DNA from: Podarcis melisellensis
Taxonomy: Eukaryota
Direction: 5' to 3' (one strand)
DNA length: 64,000 nucleotides
Assembly: GCA_964234715.1 (NCBI GenBank)
Contig: OZ174282.1
The translations under genes were made by a program, and so were the position numbers. Position 1 is the first letter of the stretch, and every line of letters begins with the position of its first letter. The notes beneath the pieces were generated by a model. The model saw only the letters and a list, made by a program, of their open reading frames with translations, searched no databases and was not told where the DNA came from. Positions 49,910 to 63,675 of this stretch are shown here, piece after piece.

Positions 49910-51305
49910 ACTGGCCACTGTAGGGCTGCCTTCAGATGTCTTTTGAAGGTTATATAATTACTCATCTCTTTGACATCTGATGCGAGGGCATACCACAGGG
50001 TGGGCACCACTACCAAGAAGGCCCTCTGCCTGGCTCCCTTTAGCTTCACATAATCAGAGTGAGGGAACTGCCAGTAGGCCCTCAGAGCTGGACCTCGAGT
50101 CTGGGCTGAACAATGGGGGTGGAGACACTCCTTCAGGTATACTGGGGTTTTAGGGCTTCAAAGGTCAGCACCAACACTTTGAATTGTGCACGGAAACATA
50201 CTGGGAGTCAATGTAGGTCTTTCAGGACCGGTGTTATATGGTCTCGGCAGCTGCTCCCAGTCACCAGTCTAGCTACCACATTCTGGATCAGTTGTAGTTT
50301 CTGAGTCACTTTCAAAGGCAGTCCCACATAGAGTGAACTGCAGTAGCCCAAGTGGGAGATAATTAGAGCATGCACCACTCTGGCGAGACAGTGTGCAGGC
50401 AGGTAGGGTCTCAGCCTGCATACCAGATGGAGCTAGTAGACAGCTGCCCTGGACAGAGAATAAACCTGTACCTCCATGGACAGCTGTGAGTCCAAAATGA
50501 CTCCCGGGCTGTGCACCTGGTCCTTCAGGAGCACAGTTACCCCATTCAGGACCAGGGAGTCCTCCACACCAACCCACCCTCTGTCCCCCAAAATAATATT
50601 TATGTCTTGTCGGGATTCATTCTCAATTCATTAGCCAACACCCATCCTCCAACCACCTCCACACACACACACAGGACATTCACCACCTGCACTGGTTCCA
50701 ATTTAAAGGAGAGGTAGAGCTGGGTATCATCCACATATAGGTGAACACCTAGCCCAAATCCCCTGATGATTTCTCCCAGCAGCTTCATATAGATGTTTAA
50801 AAGCATGGGGGAGTGGACAGAGCCCTAAGGCACCCCACAAATGAGTGCCCAGGGCTCCCAACACCACTTTCTGGACATGGCCCAGGAGGAAGGAGCAGAA
50901 CCATGGCATAACAGCACCCCCAGCTCCCAACCCCCCTAGACAATCCAGAAGGATACCATGGTCAATGGTATCAAAAGCCGCTGATGAGAGATCCAGCAGA
51001 ACTAAGAAACAGCTTTTACCTCTGTCCCTAGCCCGCTGGAGATCATCCACCAGTGCAACCAAGGCAGTTTCAGTCCCATGATGAGGCCTGAACCCTGAAT
51101 GGAAGGGATCCAAATGGTCTGCATCCTCCAGATGTGCCTGGAGTTGTTCAAGTGACCACCCACCTTGCCCAAGAATGGAAGATTTAAGACTGGGTAATAA
51201 CTGGCCATAATGGCCAGGTCCAAAGATGGTTTTTTTAAGAAGCAGTTTAATAACTGCTTCTTTAAGTGGGTCCAGGAAGACTCTCTCACGGAGGGAAGCA
51301 TTTAC
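49910..51305 (-). mobile_element. L2 LINE fragment (RT region, frameshifted)
   Basis: DPFHSGFRPHHGTETAL...LVLLDLSSAAFDTIDH, YVDDTQLY and LRMNPDKT motifs. Confidence 0.9.
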
Positions 51306-53599
51306 CACCCCACAAAGCCCACTGCCCAGTGCTTATATGACGTGTTGGGAGTGGGAGCAGGTGTGTCTACACCTCAAAAGTGTTCAGGGGAAGAGACATT
51401 GTTCAGTGGCAGTGTACCTGATTAAAGAGCACATGAAGAGACTGTTGGATCAGACCAATGGCCCATCTAGTCCAGCATCCTATTCTCACAGTGGCCAACC
51501 AGGGGCCTGTGGGAAACCCCCAAAGCAGGGCCCAAAGGCAAGAGCCCCCTCCCCTCCTAAGGTTTCCAGCAACTGGTATTTAAAAGCATACGCCTCTGAC
51601 GGTGGAGGCAGAGTGTAACCATAATGGCTAGTAGCTATCAATAGCCCTCTCCTCCTCCATGAATTTGTCTAATCCTCTTTTAAAGCCATCTAGATTGGCG
51701 GCCATCACTGCCTCCTGTGGGAGTCAATTCTACAGTTTAACTCTGTGCTGCATGAAGAAGTTTGTTTTTTTCAGCTGTCCTGAATCTTCCAACATTCAGG
51801 TGCAACTGCATGTGGACAAACACCAGGTTGCAAAGCAAATTCCTCCCTCAAGAAGCAGGAGGAGCAGAAATAAAACGCATCCCCAATTATGCTTGCAGCC
51901 CGTGTTAAAAAAAGAAGAAGCAAATTTGAGTCCAGTCTTGGCAACAAGCTGGGGCAAGTTTACCTTATCCTGAAATCACAACAATCTAACTTAGGCTGGC
52001 CAACTTCTGAAATGCTAAATACACCAGCTTTTATGGAACGCTGCTGATTTTTACAAGTATTTTTTTTTTTTGGCAGATTAAATTTGCCCATTTTTGTTAA
52101 CCCATTCCTGTGTTTTCCTATCCATTCCTTTGTTCTTTCCCAGCACAGCAGTAGCAGCAGGGTCTGCCAGAGCCTTTTGTGCATTCATCCCCCTCCCACC
52201 CAGCTCCCTTGCAAAAACTCCATGATCCGAACAAACCCTTTGGTTTCCTCTCCTCCTCTGCAAACAAAGATCCCCTGGAGGACATGCTGGTCCCAGAGCA
52301 AGGATCATTTATGTGGCATGCACTCCCTTGCTGAAATGTTTCTGGAGGAAGCAGCACCCCAAATACAAAGTCATCCTAATGCTTTATAACAAAACATTTT
52401 CCCCACCACACCTCACCGTGGCTTGGGGGGGGGGAGGGAATAGCAATACAAGAAGAAAATGAAAGCGGGGAGGGGGGTCACATATTTCCCACCCCACCCC
52501 CAACACTTACATTCTTTTAGAATTTAAAACAAAAAATGTAAAGAACTCCCAACATTAAAGGGAAAATGACCTCAAGGATTTTGGCAAAGGTTTCAAATCC
52601 AACTTCAAAAAGTTAGCAGCCATTTGTGGTTTGATGCAATTATGGGAAAACTCCACTGCAAAGCTGCAAGGTGCAAAAAAAGCAATAAACCAAAATGACA
52701 GAGTAACTTCCACACCACGAGCTGCATCTGCCTCCCTACATACTCGGCACAATTCGCTGTCTGGGCTCTGTCTGCAGATCTTTGTGCCTCAAGCCCTTCT
52801 GCACAGCGGCACTGCCATGATTCAGAAACAGCAAGCAAAATGTTGACAGAGGCATCAAAAGGTTCGCGTTTCACGGGGCTTCCAAAGCACACTCAGCCTC
52901 CCCTAAATGGTGCCCCAATTTTCTCCTCCGGTTTAGCTACAGTGCTGCAAATCCTGTTTGTTAAAAATGACATGTGTGTTCGCTGCCTTACACACCAGAT
53001 TTGTGAACTCGGCTTACAGGAGGGCAGCCCATCCTGTGTGCAGAAAAAGCTGCCTTTGGCTAAGTGCTCTGTGCAAAGAACAAACCAGTCAATCGCTTCA
53101 CCAGCGAACACAAAGAAGGAGACAGACAGACATCTTGGAAAACTGCAGGCAAGAGAGGAGAGGGGGAGAAGAGGGGAAAACAGCACAAGGAAGCACTTAC
53201 ATTTCCAGAATTCGCCAAGAGAGAACCAAATACGGTGAAGGAGAAGAAAAGCAAAGCATGGAGGAATCCCGAGGAAAATGAGATATGCCACAACTGAAGA
53301 CCGATTGCAGAGGAGGTAACAGTGATCTAGTTATTCAGCCTACACAGACCTCCCCCTCCCCTCTCCGAACAGCTGTGGGGGCCATTATCCCTCCTGCACA
53401 TTGCACGTACATCCCCAGGATGGCTGCAGTGCTGCATAGAGTCAGAGAGGACTGGATTGCTGCAGGAGACAGGAAGAGACTTTTTCCCCCTGGAAGGGGT
53501 GGGGGAAGCCACACCCCAACAGGCTTGGAGGAGGAAGGCCTTCACCTTTCTAAAAGGTCTTTTGAAAATATGTATTTTTAAAAAGAATAAAATCGAATT

Positions 53600-54200
53600 C
53601 CACAAACTGACGTATGCACAAGAAGTCGCCCACTCTTCAAAGCACTGCGTCTTGCAAGTGCTCTGTTTTCCTACTGCAGACATCTACAAAACTACCTCAG
53701 ATGACCCTCCTGACCGTTCTGTTAAAAGGAACCAGTTGCGCTCGCTGCAACAGAAGCGCGGAAACATGGCTGTGGCCAATTGCAGCTCCCTCCCCCCCCC
53801 CATCCAAGTACTACAAGTCTGACGTCAGAGCATCGTCTCATCCTAACGAAATCCCTTCCAAGGTAAGCGCAGCGGAGAACCTGCCTCCCATTCCCAGTCT
53901 CTCTTTCGTAAATGATCCCTCTGACGCGATCCAGAAGTCCCCAGTACTGCAGAGACATTGCTCCTCCTCTACATCACATGGTCGCATCTCCAACCCCGTT
54001 TCATGGGGCATGCGGTCCTGGGTCACACGACTCCAGGCTCAGTTCCTCACTGCTGGTGGGAAGCGCCAAGTTTAAGGACAGCAAGGGGGAAGTGTTAGTC
54101 ATCACGCTATGGGAGTGACACGTTTTCCCATTGCAGCCAATTAGAAGCCAATCGAAGTTTTCGTTGCATCAAAGCGTCAAGTTGTTACGCATCAAAGGCT
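53600..54200. promoter_or_regulatory. Candidate intronic promoter/enhancer (possible alternative TET3 promoter)
   Basis: Locally CpG-enriched and repeat-free; full CRE TGACGTCA at 53820-53827, CRE half-sites near 53608 and 53922, CCAAT boxes near 53776, 54137 and 54148. Confidence 0.45.
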
Positions 54201-54519
54201 ACCTATCCTATAACACTCTAGTAAGTGAAGCTTTTGAGCACACGTATAGTACAGGCTACTACTGCAAATGCCCCTCTCTCAAATCTTGTTCTACACTATG
54301 TTCATGCTCCGTTAGGAGGAAAGTATCATGCCTCTATTATTACCATAACTGTAAGGTGCAAAAAGTGCTGCTATCTCATACAATATAGGGCTCAGACTGG
54401 GAATATCTCTTCAACCATTTTGGAGCACATTCTGAATCCCCCATCTTGAAGGGCCAGAATAAATGTCACATATCTGTATGGTTCTAAAAGACAACAATTA
54501 TATGAAGTTTAAGCTCATT

Positions 54520-54716
54520 ACTAGGAAGGAGAGATTCCAACTAAACATCAGGAAGAACTTTATGACAGTAAGAGCTGTTCGACTGTGGAATGGAGAAGGT
54601 GGTGGGCTCTCCTTGGAGGATTTTGAGCAGAGATTGGGTGCTTTAGTTGAGATTCCTGCATTGCAGGGGTTAGACTAGAGGACCCTTGAGGTCCCTTCCA
54701 ACTATATGATTCTATG
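54520..54716 (+). mobile_element. CR1 3' end fragment
   Basis: RFQLNIRKNF.TVRAV remnant, ATGATTCTATG tail; similar copy at about 60710-60935. Confidence 0.8.
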
Positions 54717-57700
54717 TGAAGTATCTTAACCATTTCAAACCCCCAGTCAATGAATGAATGAATGAGGTGCACAAACCCAATTATTCAGAGGCCAATCCTT
54801 CAGCTTTTGACAGATAAAATTAGAGACGTTCTTCTGACACCCTAGTTCACTACGAAAGAGAACCACAAACACATATACATACACAACCAAGCTAAAAGCA
54901 TTGTTCCATGTGCTGTATTTATCATGTAATAGCATCCACTTATTTCCTGATTATCCCTGCCCTGATTTAAGCAGGAGGCCCACTCCCATTTCACAATTGG
55001 CTTGAAAGAACACAAACAGGCAAAACCTGAATAAGAAAGACAAAAATGAGATGTGTGTGTACATGCTCCAATTCTGGAGCTCCATCCCAAATCTTCTACA
55101 ATCCTCTGAATAAATATTTCTGGTCGTCTTCTGAAGTCTCAGTGTTGCTAAAAGGTATTTTAAGAGCCGTTTCCTACATTTGCACACAAACCCGTCTTGA
55201 GAACTCTGGAAGGACTTGGCTATGGTAGTGAGCGAAAGGGCTTGGCTATGCGGCCTTGAAACAATCCCCTCCTTCGCCACATGGCTCTAATCAGGAGCAA
55301 CCTTGGAACCACAGCTCTGAGGCTGAACTAAGTCTGTTAATAGCTCACTTATTTATTTATTTTACTTTTTTAAGGGCACATGCAAATACTGAATCACACA
55401 CACAGAGAGAGAGAGAGAGATGGAGGGAGGGAGGAAGGGAGAGGGAGAGACTTTGGAGCTGCCTCAGCAGGTTCTGAGTCTTTAAAGAGCCAAAGAGCAT
55501 ACCTGCCAACTCCCCAAAAGAAAACAAAGGGAAATTAAACATTATAGTGGGCTGGGACTGCACCAGCCGGTTTTGATATTACACTCAGACAAGCAGCAAG
55601 CAAGAGACTCAAGAGGCAAATGAAAAATAAGCCACTATGAGGACTGCAGATGGGAGGCAAACCAAGGGCTGTGGGTTTAACCATTGGGATGCGGGGAACC
55701 CAACAGGATCTTTCCCAGAAACTTTCTCCTCCTCCTCCTCCTACCACAGAAAAGCGAGGCATCTGCCTTAGTGGCAGGATCCCACAGGGGCAGCAGATCC
55801 CAGATAAATCTTTCTCTCCCCCTTCCCCTCCCTTTATTCCTCATGTAGAGGCAGGGAAGAGGGCACCATTTTGGGATCTGCCTCAGGTACCCTGAAGGTT
55901 CTTGCTGGACAATTTGTATCCAACACTAATCAAATATGACGCTGATAAGAATTTATCAGTGCCATGACTTCCCCAGCCTGAGACCTGCGGTGTGTTCCAC
56001 TGAACTCCTTTCTTCGCCCATGGTTCTTCACATTGTTCATGGAAGGTGGAAAGAAGGCCATGAGCGGCAATCCTGTTTCTAAGATGGACACACTCCTTAA
56101 ACTGTTCAATTTGCTTCGCTGGCCCCGCCCTGCTCTCACCACAGAAGGCTTGCAAGTTCACGAATTGTCCACCAAGAATGCAACCTCAGAACTGTGCAAA
56201 TGGAAGGAGGACAATGTTCTGAAGATACCTGAGGAAGAGTAACCGCAAACAGAGTATAATCACTAAAAGCACAAGGCTTCGTGTCCCCTTTGCTTGTCAC
56301 CATAGCACAGGGAGAACGTTTTCAGACACCTGTGGTTAATCTGCTCTGTATGCTTTCCAAAAAAAGTCTGGGAAACTCAAAGCAGCACAAGGAACTGGCC
56401 AGAGTCCCAGGCCCCAAAGAGTGCAGTCACTGCTATGCCCAGTTCACATGCTGGGCATCTTCTCTTGGGCAACAGATGTGCTCCAGTGAAACCCAGAGAA
56501 TACTGGAAGTTTCATGATGCTGGCCATGAGTCAGTGCTCTTCCCACATGCCCTGCGGCAAGGCCTGCCAGCACATCTGCAGGACAGGAGCCTAATCTAAT
56601 CTTGGTTTCCTCCTTGTCCCAGGGCAGGATGGTATGGAGCTTGCATGTGTACACTCTCTCTCTCTCTTGAGTTTCTGCATGCCTGCTGCTCAAATTCTAT
56701 GGCAAGAAAAGCAAAATTCTATGGCATGATTTCTTACTTTGCACAATTTCTCTGGCTTTTCCTTTGTGTGTAAAGGAGAAACCCCTTTTTAAAATGGTGT
56801 TGCCTATATATCCCATAACAAGAAGAGACTATCTCTAATGGAAAGGGCATAGGTTCAGGGCCAAGGTATATAGATGGTGCATTAGTGCATGTCAGTCTTC
56901 CAATTTTACTTTATTTTGTAGTGAAAATGCATCCTTAATTGGAAGAAAAAGAACAGTAGAAAGGAGGGGCTGCTAAGTCTGCTCCCTCTTGTTCTTTCTC
57001 CACTCAAAAGTGCCTTCCAAACTGCTTTTTTAGAGTGGGGGGGGGGAGTCTTAGGCACTTCACAGCCAAAGGAATGTGCACGGCAGATAGTTAACTCTTG
57101 ATTGTCAAAGATAACACAGTTGCTTCTACAGCTCTGGATGCCTATGCACACCAATCTAGCATCTAGGCTCCTATTCCTAGGTCAACACGAGGGGTCGGCA
57201 AACTAAGGCCTGTGGGCCAGATCAGGCCCATCTGGGTCGTAAATCCAGCCCGCACCCCACGCCGCAAAGCCGAGACTCCCAGCGATGGCAAAGGGAGGAA
57301 GAGGCCGAGCGGCGGGGGCTCTGCCACTCAATCACCGCGCTTGGTTTAGCTCAGCAGCATTTGATTGGCAGAGCCGCCACCGCTCGGCCTCTTCCTCCTG
57401 TCACAAGGAGACAAGGCAGTGCCCACCGCCAGCTCCTCCCACCTCGCCACCTCCAGAAGTCCGCTTTCCCTTCCCCGCCAGCTTCCACCTGCGCCGCCAG
57501 GAGACCGCCAGGAGACACCGCATCTCGGCGGGGCCCTGCCGCTGGATGCATGGACACTAAGGGCCCTAAAGACACGCTTACTCACAAGTAAGCAGCAATT
57601 GTTTCAAGGCCACTTGTTCAGCGCCTGAAGAACTGCTCAAGTCCACTGAGATGAAATGCGCTACGGATCACGCCCCTGGGAAGGTAAGCACAGCGGCTGG

Positions 57701-58555
57701 CCCCCTCACCTCTTCTTCCAGCAACAGGGGATCACCACCCTTCCACCAGCTTATGTACCTTCCCCAGATGGGCTGCACACATGCAGCCAGAGACTGCACC
57801 TATGTGAAAACTTCCTCTGCTCATCCCTTTTCAGTCCCCTCCTGATTCTGGGAGAAAGTGGTGCAGGAGAGGTTGGGGAAGCACCTGGCTTGCCTATTGC
57901 CTGACCTGCCTCTTCCTCCAACCTATCCCATGCTCAACCTCCAGCTCTGAAGCATCCCCTGCCTCCAACTCTCCCTCTCCCACCCCCATTCCCCTGGTGC
58001 ACACTCCTGCCAGTCCCTGACAGGAGAGCACTGATACAAGGTCCTCCACTGCTCTTCATATATTTATAATACATTCTGTGTATTAAAATGGAAGGATTTG
58101 TGCTTGTTCTTTCCATCTTGGCCCATCCTCTCCCTGGAGAGTTCAAAGCCTTGAGATCTATGGAGGAAACGGTTCTTGTGGTTCTGTAAATAGGCATTGT
58201 CCATTGTGTGGCAATGTGGTGGCATTCCAACTGTGGAGCTCTCATCCTCTGGAGGTATTGTTTGTCTCCTTCACTGACAATCTTCCGGTGTCAAGTCACA
58301 TGTTTTTACCCAGACCTTTAGGGGGAAATGGATACATAAATGTCCCTTGGTTTTCCTTTATGTCACTGTTGAGATGTTGGGGAATTTTCACTATGAATAT
58401 GCTGGGTTCAATGAATAATATATATTTTAAATAACTGTGCCATTTGTATTGTGTGTTGTTTCATCTGAGTGTTTCACAAACCACTCAAGGCTCCCAATGT
58501 CACATCTCACTTGGTCATCAGTCCCAAATATCTTTAGATTGCAGCAACACAAGAG

Positions 58556-60125
58556 AAAGTTTGGAATAAGATCAAGAAAGATTTGGAGATTTGGAACAGA
58601 ATGGACCTTTCCCTGATGGAAAAGATAGCAGTGATAAAGATGACTGCACTACCAAAGATGTTATTTTTATTTCAGTCAATACAGATAATAAGTAATCTTG
58701 TCTGCTTCAGAAACCAGCAAAAGGATATTTCTAAGTTTGTCTGGAATGGGGGAAAGCCTAGAATAAAATATAAAATACTTACAGATATAAAAGACAGAGG
58801 AGGCTTTTCCCTCCCAGACTTTAAACTATACTATGAAGCAGCATGTATTACGTGGATTCGGGACTGGATTAAATTAGAGAAAGATGAAATACTGGACTTG
58901 GAAGCGCACAATAATAGATTTGGTTGGCATTCATATTTATGGCATGGGAAAGATAAAAAAACGCAAAGGCTTTCATAACCATATAATAAGAACCCAAACC
59001 CCATGGTGGCTTTCGCCAGTGGAGGTATTAGCATTAAGATCATTCAACAGGAGAGGCAGCTGGCTGACATTTAGAGAATTATTGATGGGGGGAAAGGGTT
59101 GAAACTAAAAGAGTATGAAGAATTGAAAGTCTTTTTGCCAAGTTGGCTACATCATAGACAGTTGAATGAACAGTTCAAAGAGGATGATAAGAGAGGTTTT
59201 GGTTACATAGTTTCAAATTTTCAAAAAGAAATTATCGAGAGTGATACAAAATTACTTAAAAAGAGGAATAATGTCTTGCTATATGGGGAAACGTTGGATG
59301 AGACGGTAAAGTCCGCACAAATAAAGTGGGCTCAAGATTTAAGTCATAATATGCAATTCGAAGATTGGGAAAGGATGGGGAAGCTGAATTTAAAATTTAC
59401 AGACTGTATTTTATTGAAAGAGAATTATATGAAAATGATGTGTAGATGGTACATTACACCAGAGAAAGTGGCTAAAATGTTTAAGACGGGATTGAAAACT
59501 TGTTGGAGACGTAAAGAAAAAGATGGTACATTTTATCATATGTGGTGGGAATGCAAAAAGGTCAGAAATTATTGGGAAATGATATATAATGAATTGGGGA
59601 AAAAATGTTTAAAAAGACTTATGTTAAGAAACCAGAAGCATTCCTCCTAGGGATTTTAGATCAAGAAATAAGAAAAGACAACTGGAAATTATTTATGTAT
59701 GCAACAACAGTGGCAAGAATTTTACTAGCACAAGCTTGGAAGACAGAAGAAACCCCAACGAAATGGCAAGAGAAACTCATGGACTATGCAGAATTAGCAA
59801 ATTTACATGAAAAGGACAACAAAGACTTTAAAAGAGAATGGGAACCATTTACAATATATATGAAGAGACAACATGAAGAGTTGGGACTCATTGGCAGGGT
59901 TTGAGTAAACATTCACAAATGTCTAAAATAAAATAAAAATAGATGTAAATGTATTAGGAATAAATTGGGGAAATAATAGGCAGGATGAATAAATTGAAAG
60001 TAAAACAAAGTGGAAGTATGAGGGAAGTCCATGGGAGGGGGGGCAGGAAAAATGGAAAATTGTTAGAGAGATATTTCATAATAGATGTATATATTGAAAA
60101 ACCAATAAAACATTTTTTAAAAAAA
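58556..60125 (+). mobile_element. L1-clade LINE, 5'-truncated (ORF2 C-terminus and 3'UTR)
   Basis: LPKMLFLFQ, FVWNGGKPRI, GGFSLPDFKLYY and TFYHMWWEC motifs; AATAAA near 60104 plus an A-tract; TSD GCAACACAAGAG at 58544-58555 and 60132-60143. Confidence 0.9.
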
Positions 60126-61455
60126 TAGATTGCAACACAAGAGGCTGAGCCCCAATCCCTATGGAGCTGAAGGCTGTAAAAAACCGCATCCACCAACTTA
60201 AAAGCCACAACATCTGTAAGCTTGAATGACTGACTACCTGCCAATGATTCTTTAGCTGTGATTCCTGCATTGAAGATGACCTTTGGGGTCCCTACAATTC
60301 TATGATTCTGTAAGCTGCCTATCACATGGATTCAGCCAGTTGTGCAGAGACACAGCATTATCAACACCACACACCCCCAAAGCAACTAAAGTGGGGGCAT
60401 GACAGAGATTGACAGCTAATACATGGCAGAGAGGAAAGTGTACAGAGTTTCTCTTCTCTTTCTCCCATAATACTGGAACTCAGGAACATCATAGGAATCT
60501 GACCGGCAGGAGATCCACAAAAGGCAAAAGTAAGACCATCCTCATAAAATCATAGTGTTGGAAGAAATCCCAGTCCAACCCCCTACAATGCAATAATCAC
60601 AGCTAAAGACTCCCTGAGAGATGGACATCAAACCTCCTTTTTAAAAACCTCTGATGAATGAGACCACAACTTTCTGAGAGAGTCCATTCCATTGTCAAAA
60701 CAGGACAAGAAAGGAGATTCCAGCTAAACATGAGGAAGAACTTTCTGGCAGTGAGAGCTGTTTGACAGCGGAATGGTCTCCCTTGGGAGTTTTGTGGGCT
60801 CTCCTTCCTTGAAGGTTTTTAAGCAGAGGTTGGATGGCCATCTGTCATGGATGCTGTAGTTGAGATTCCTGCATTGCAGAGGGTTAGACAAGGTGACTCT
60901 TGAGGCCCCTTCCAAATCTGCGATTCTATGATTACATAATTCATTTACAGAACTGAAAAGTGTGGGAATCACCCCTGGCTTAGACGGCTTAAAACGTAAG
61001 AGGAGTCGGTTGGATCAAGCCAATGGTCCATCTAGACCAGCATCCTATTCCCAGTAGCCAAACGAAACACCAGACGGGTTGTGTCCCTGGTGTGGCTCAA
61101 CTGCAACCACGTGGAGCTCTCTGGATGCCAGACTGACGAATGACATCTCCATCTGGCAAGCCCCGCCAGCTTTCTTAAGCTAGTGAGCCACAGCTTATTT
61201 ATTACATTTATATCCCACCTTTTTCTCCAAGGAGTACATGGTTCAACCCCTCCTCATTTAATCCCTACAACAACCCAGTGAGGTAGGTTAAGAGTCTGTA
61301 ACTGGCCCAGGGCCACTCAGTGAGCTTCATGACTGAGTGGAGATTTGAACCCTGATCTCCCAGACCCTGGTCCAATACACTAACCACTATGCCACACTGG
61401 CTTCCTAGACTACTTCTGCTATGGGGGAGCTATATAAAATAAGTACCGGTAGGTA

Positions 61456-61665
61456 AATAAATATGGGGAAAGCAAAATGTCACTTGGAGAAGAATCTGAA
61501 ATATTTTCCTTGAAGCATGCAGAATTTATTTTATTCTGGGTTGTTTCATTTGGTGTTTTAAATAAATATGGGGAAAGCAAAATGTCACTTGGAGAAGAAT
61601 CTGAAATATTTTCCTTGAAGCATGCAGAATTTATTTTATTCTGGGTTGTTTCATTTGGTGTTTTA
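61456..61665. repeat. Perfect 105-bp tandem duplication
   Basis: 61456-61560 is identical to 61561-61665. Confidence 0.92.
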
Positions 61666-63298
61666 ATGCATTGTAAAGAACATTAAGATTTTTCTTTAAA
61701 ATTTAAAGCGGTATGGAAATGGAATTAATATAATAATAATAATAATTTTCATTGTAAAAAAGGCACCCCGGCATTTCATTGTGAGAACTGGAACCTAGGT
61801 TTAAGGTGCCATTTGGTGACTAGCTTACACATTTTAGTTTCTAACACTGGTGGGAAACTCACAAGCAGGATTTGAACACAAGAGCATTCTCCCCTCCTGT
61901 GGCTTCCAGCAACTGGTATTCAGAAGCCTGGCTGCCTCCATCTGCAGAGGCAGAGCAGAGCCATCCTGGCTAGTAGCCATCAATAGCCCTCTCCTTTATG
62001 AATCTGTCTAATCATTCTTTAAAGCCATCTAGATTGGTGGCCACCATCGCCTCCTTTTTAAAAAGGGACCAGACAAATTCTTGGCAGAGGAGGTCTATCA
62101 CACACGGCTACACACAACCTCAAGAAGTGGAAGCAGCAGGTCTCTTATTACCTGGAGAGCAGTGCTGGCATATGGATGTTGCCTTCACCTCCAGCTCCTG
62201 GGTGCTTGACTAGATGGACCTTTGCTAATATCCAGCAAGGCTCTTCTAATCTGCTAACACAAGTGTTGAGGCTGCCCACAAAGCCAGCCCAACCTCAAGA
62301 ACATGAAATTAGGAGGAATTCAGTCTAATCTGCTAAGCAGATTGCTCTGCCTGTCATTTCTGCTTGCCTAACGGAATCATCTCCCATCTTCTCCTCCTGC
62401 ATGATTCTCCTGGGGTTCTCTCCCCAGAGCCAGTTTGTAGGAGGTGGTGGAGGGGGAGTCCTGTTGCGCTAGCAGAAGTCCTTGTGTACGCTTCCACTGG
62501 TGGGGCTCATTAGCTGAATCCCACCCCTAAGCATGCTCATGCAAAACATCTTTGGTGGTCTCCATGCAAGGCCCCTAATTTTCCAACAAGAAAGCCCCTC
62601 TGCCACAAACTTGGAAAGTAGCTGGGAGCCAAATGATACTCGGGTGGGTAGATGGACCCTTATTTCAGCTCAGTAAGGAAGTTCCCGATGTGTCTTGCTG
62701 TAAATTGCATCATGCGCACAAACCTTCCGGTGACAAAGCGAAACCACGATGTCAGAGAAAAGGGCTGCCAGGGAAAGGAAGTGTCTTCAAGAACACAGCC
62801 ATTCATGCTGGTGCCCAAACCGTAACTTGAACTCCCCATCATAGTATCCACACAGCGCACAGCAGAAGCAAGTATGTCCAGGGGGGAGCCAGCTGGCAGG
62901 ACAAACCCTGTGGCTTTCCAAGCTCCTTGGAGCAGCTGTTTGAGTCAGAACTTGATGGAGCAAGTTCCAAGGGAATGAAAAGACTTGGAGTCAGTCCTCT
63001 TCCTTACATCTAGACCAGCTGTCTCCCCTAGCAGAAGCACTCTTAGCTTCTGAACTCATGTTTCCAACACTTACTCAGGGAAGGCAATGAATGGCTTAAA
63101 ACAAACCATCAATTCTTCCTCTGGCTACTTGGAAGTGTGGCTATACCAGATTAGCAGTAATGGGGGGCCAGGGAGAGAATTAAACAAAAGTAGTAAGGAG
63201 GCCTTTGAATGACAATAATTCTGAGTTCAGACCCCCCAAAAAAAGAACAGAAGAGCTTCCAAACTTGAATCAAACAATTCTTGAAGAGCAAAGTAAAT

Positions 63299-63675
63299 CA
63301 GTGGTTCTCAAACTTTTTCGCGCCACAGCCCACTTGGTTCCATAAACTCATTCCAGGGTGCCTCCTATCCTATCCTATCTTGTCCTATCCTATCCAAAGC
63401 ATTATTCAGAATAATGGTTTGCATAGTCCACAAAGTTAATAACACAAAAAATTAAAAACATCAATTAATTGCACATTTATGCAAAATCCAATTAAAACTA
63501 TTTAATTAATTCAACATAACTAATGAACGTGATCCAATGACACCAACTTTTCAAGTCTGATAGTCATTTACACCTCCAGTCCCCTCCTGCCACCCCCTTG
63601 CTTCTTAGTGTCCCCCTAGGTAACCCTACTGCCCTCCCCCGCAGGGGGCACTACCACTCAGTTTGGGAACCACCG
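63299..63675. mobile_element. hAT-Charlie-like non-autonomous element
   Basis: TIRs CAGTGGTTCTCAAACT / AGTTTGGGAACCACCG. Confidence 0.75.

Noticed and set aside
52970-53012. Peptide CVRCLTHQICEL resembles the TET3 CXXC tail (RRTHQICKL)
   Set aside because: It is on the strand opposite TET3, lacks the CxxC...CxxCxxC spacing and basic residues, and has no exon context; treated as coincidence.
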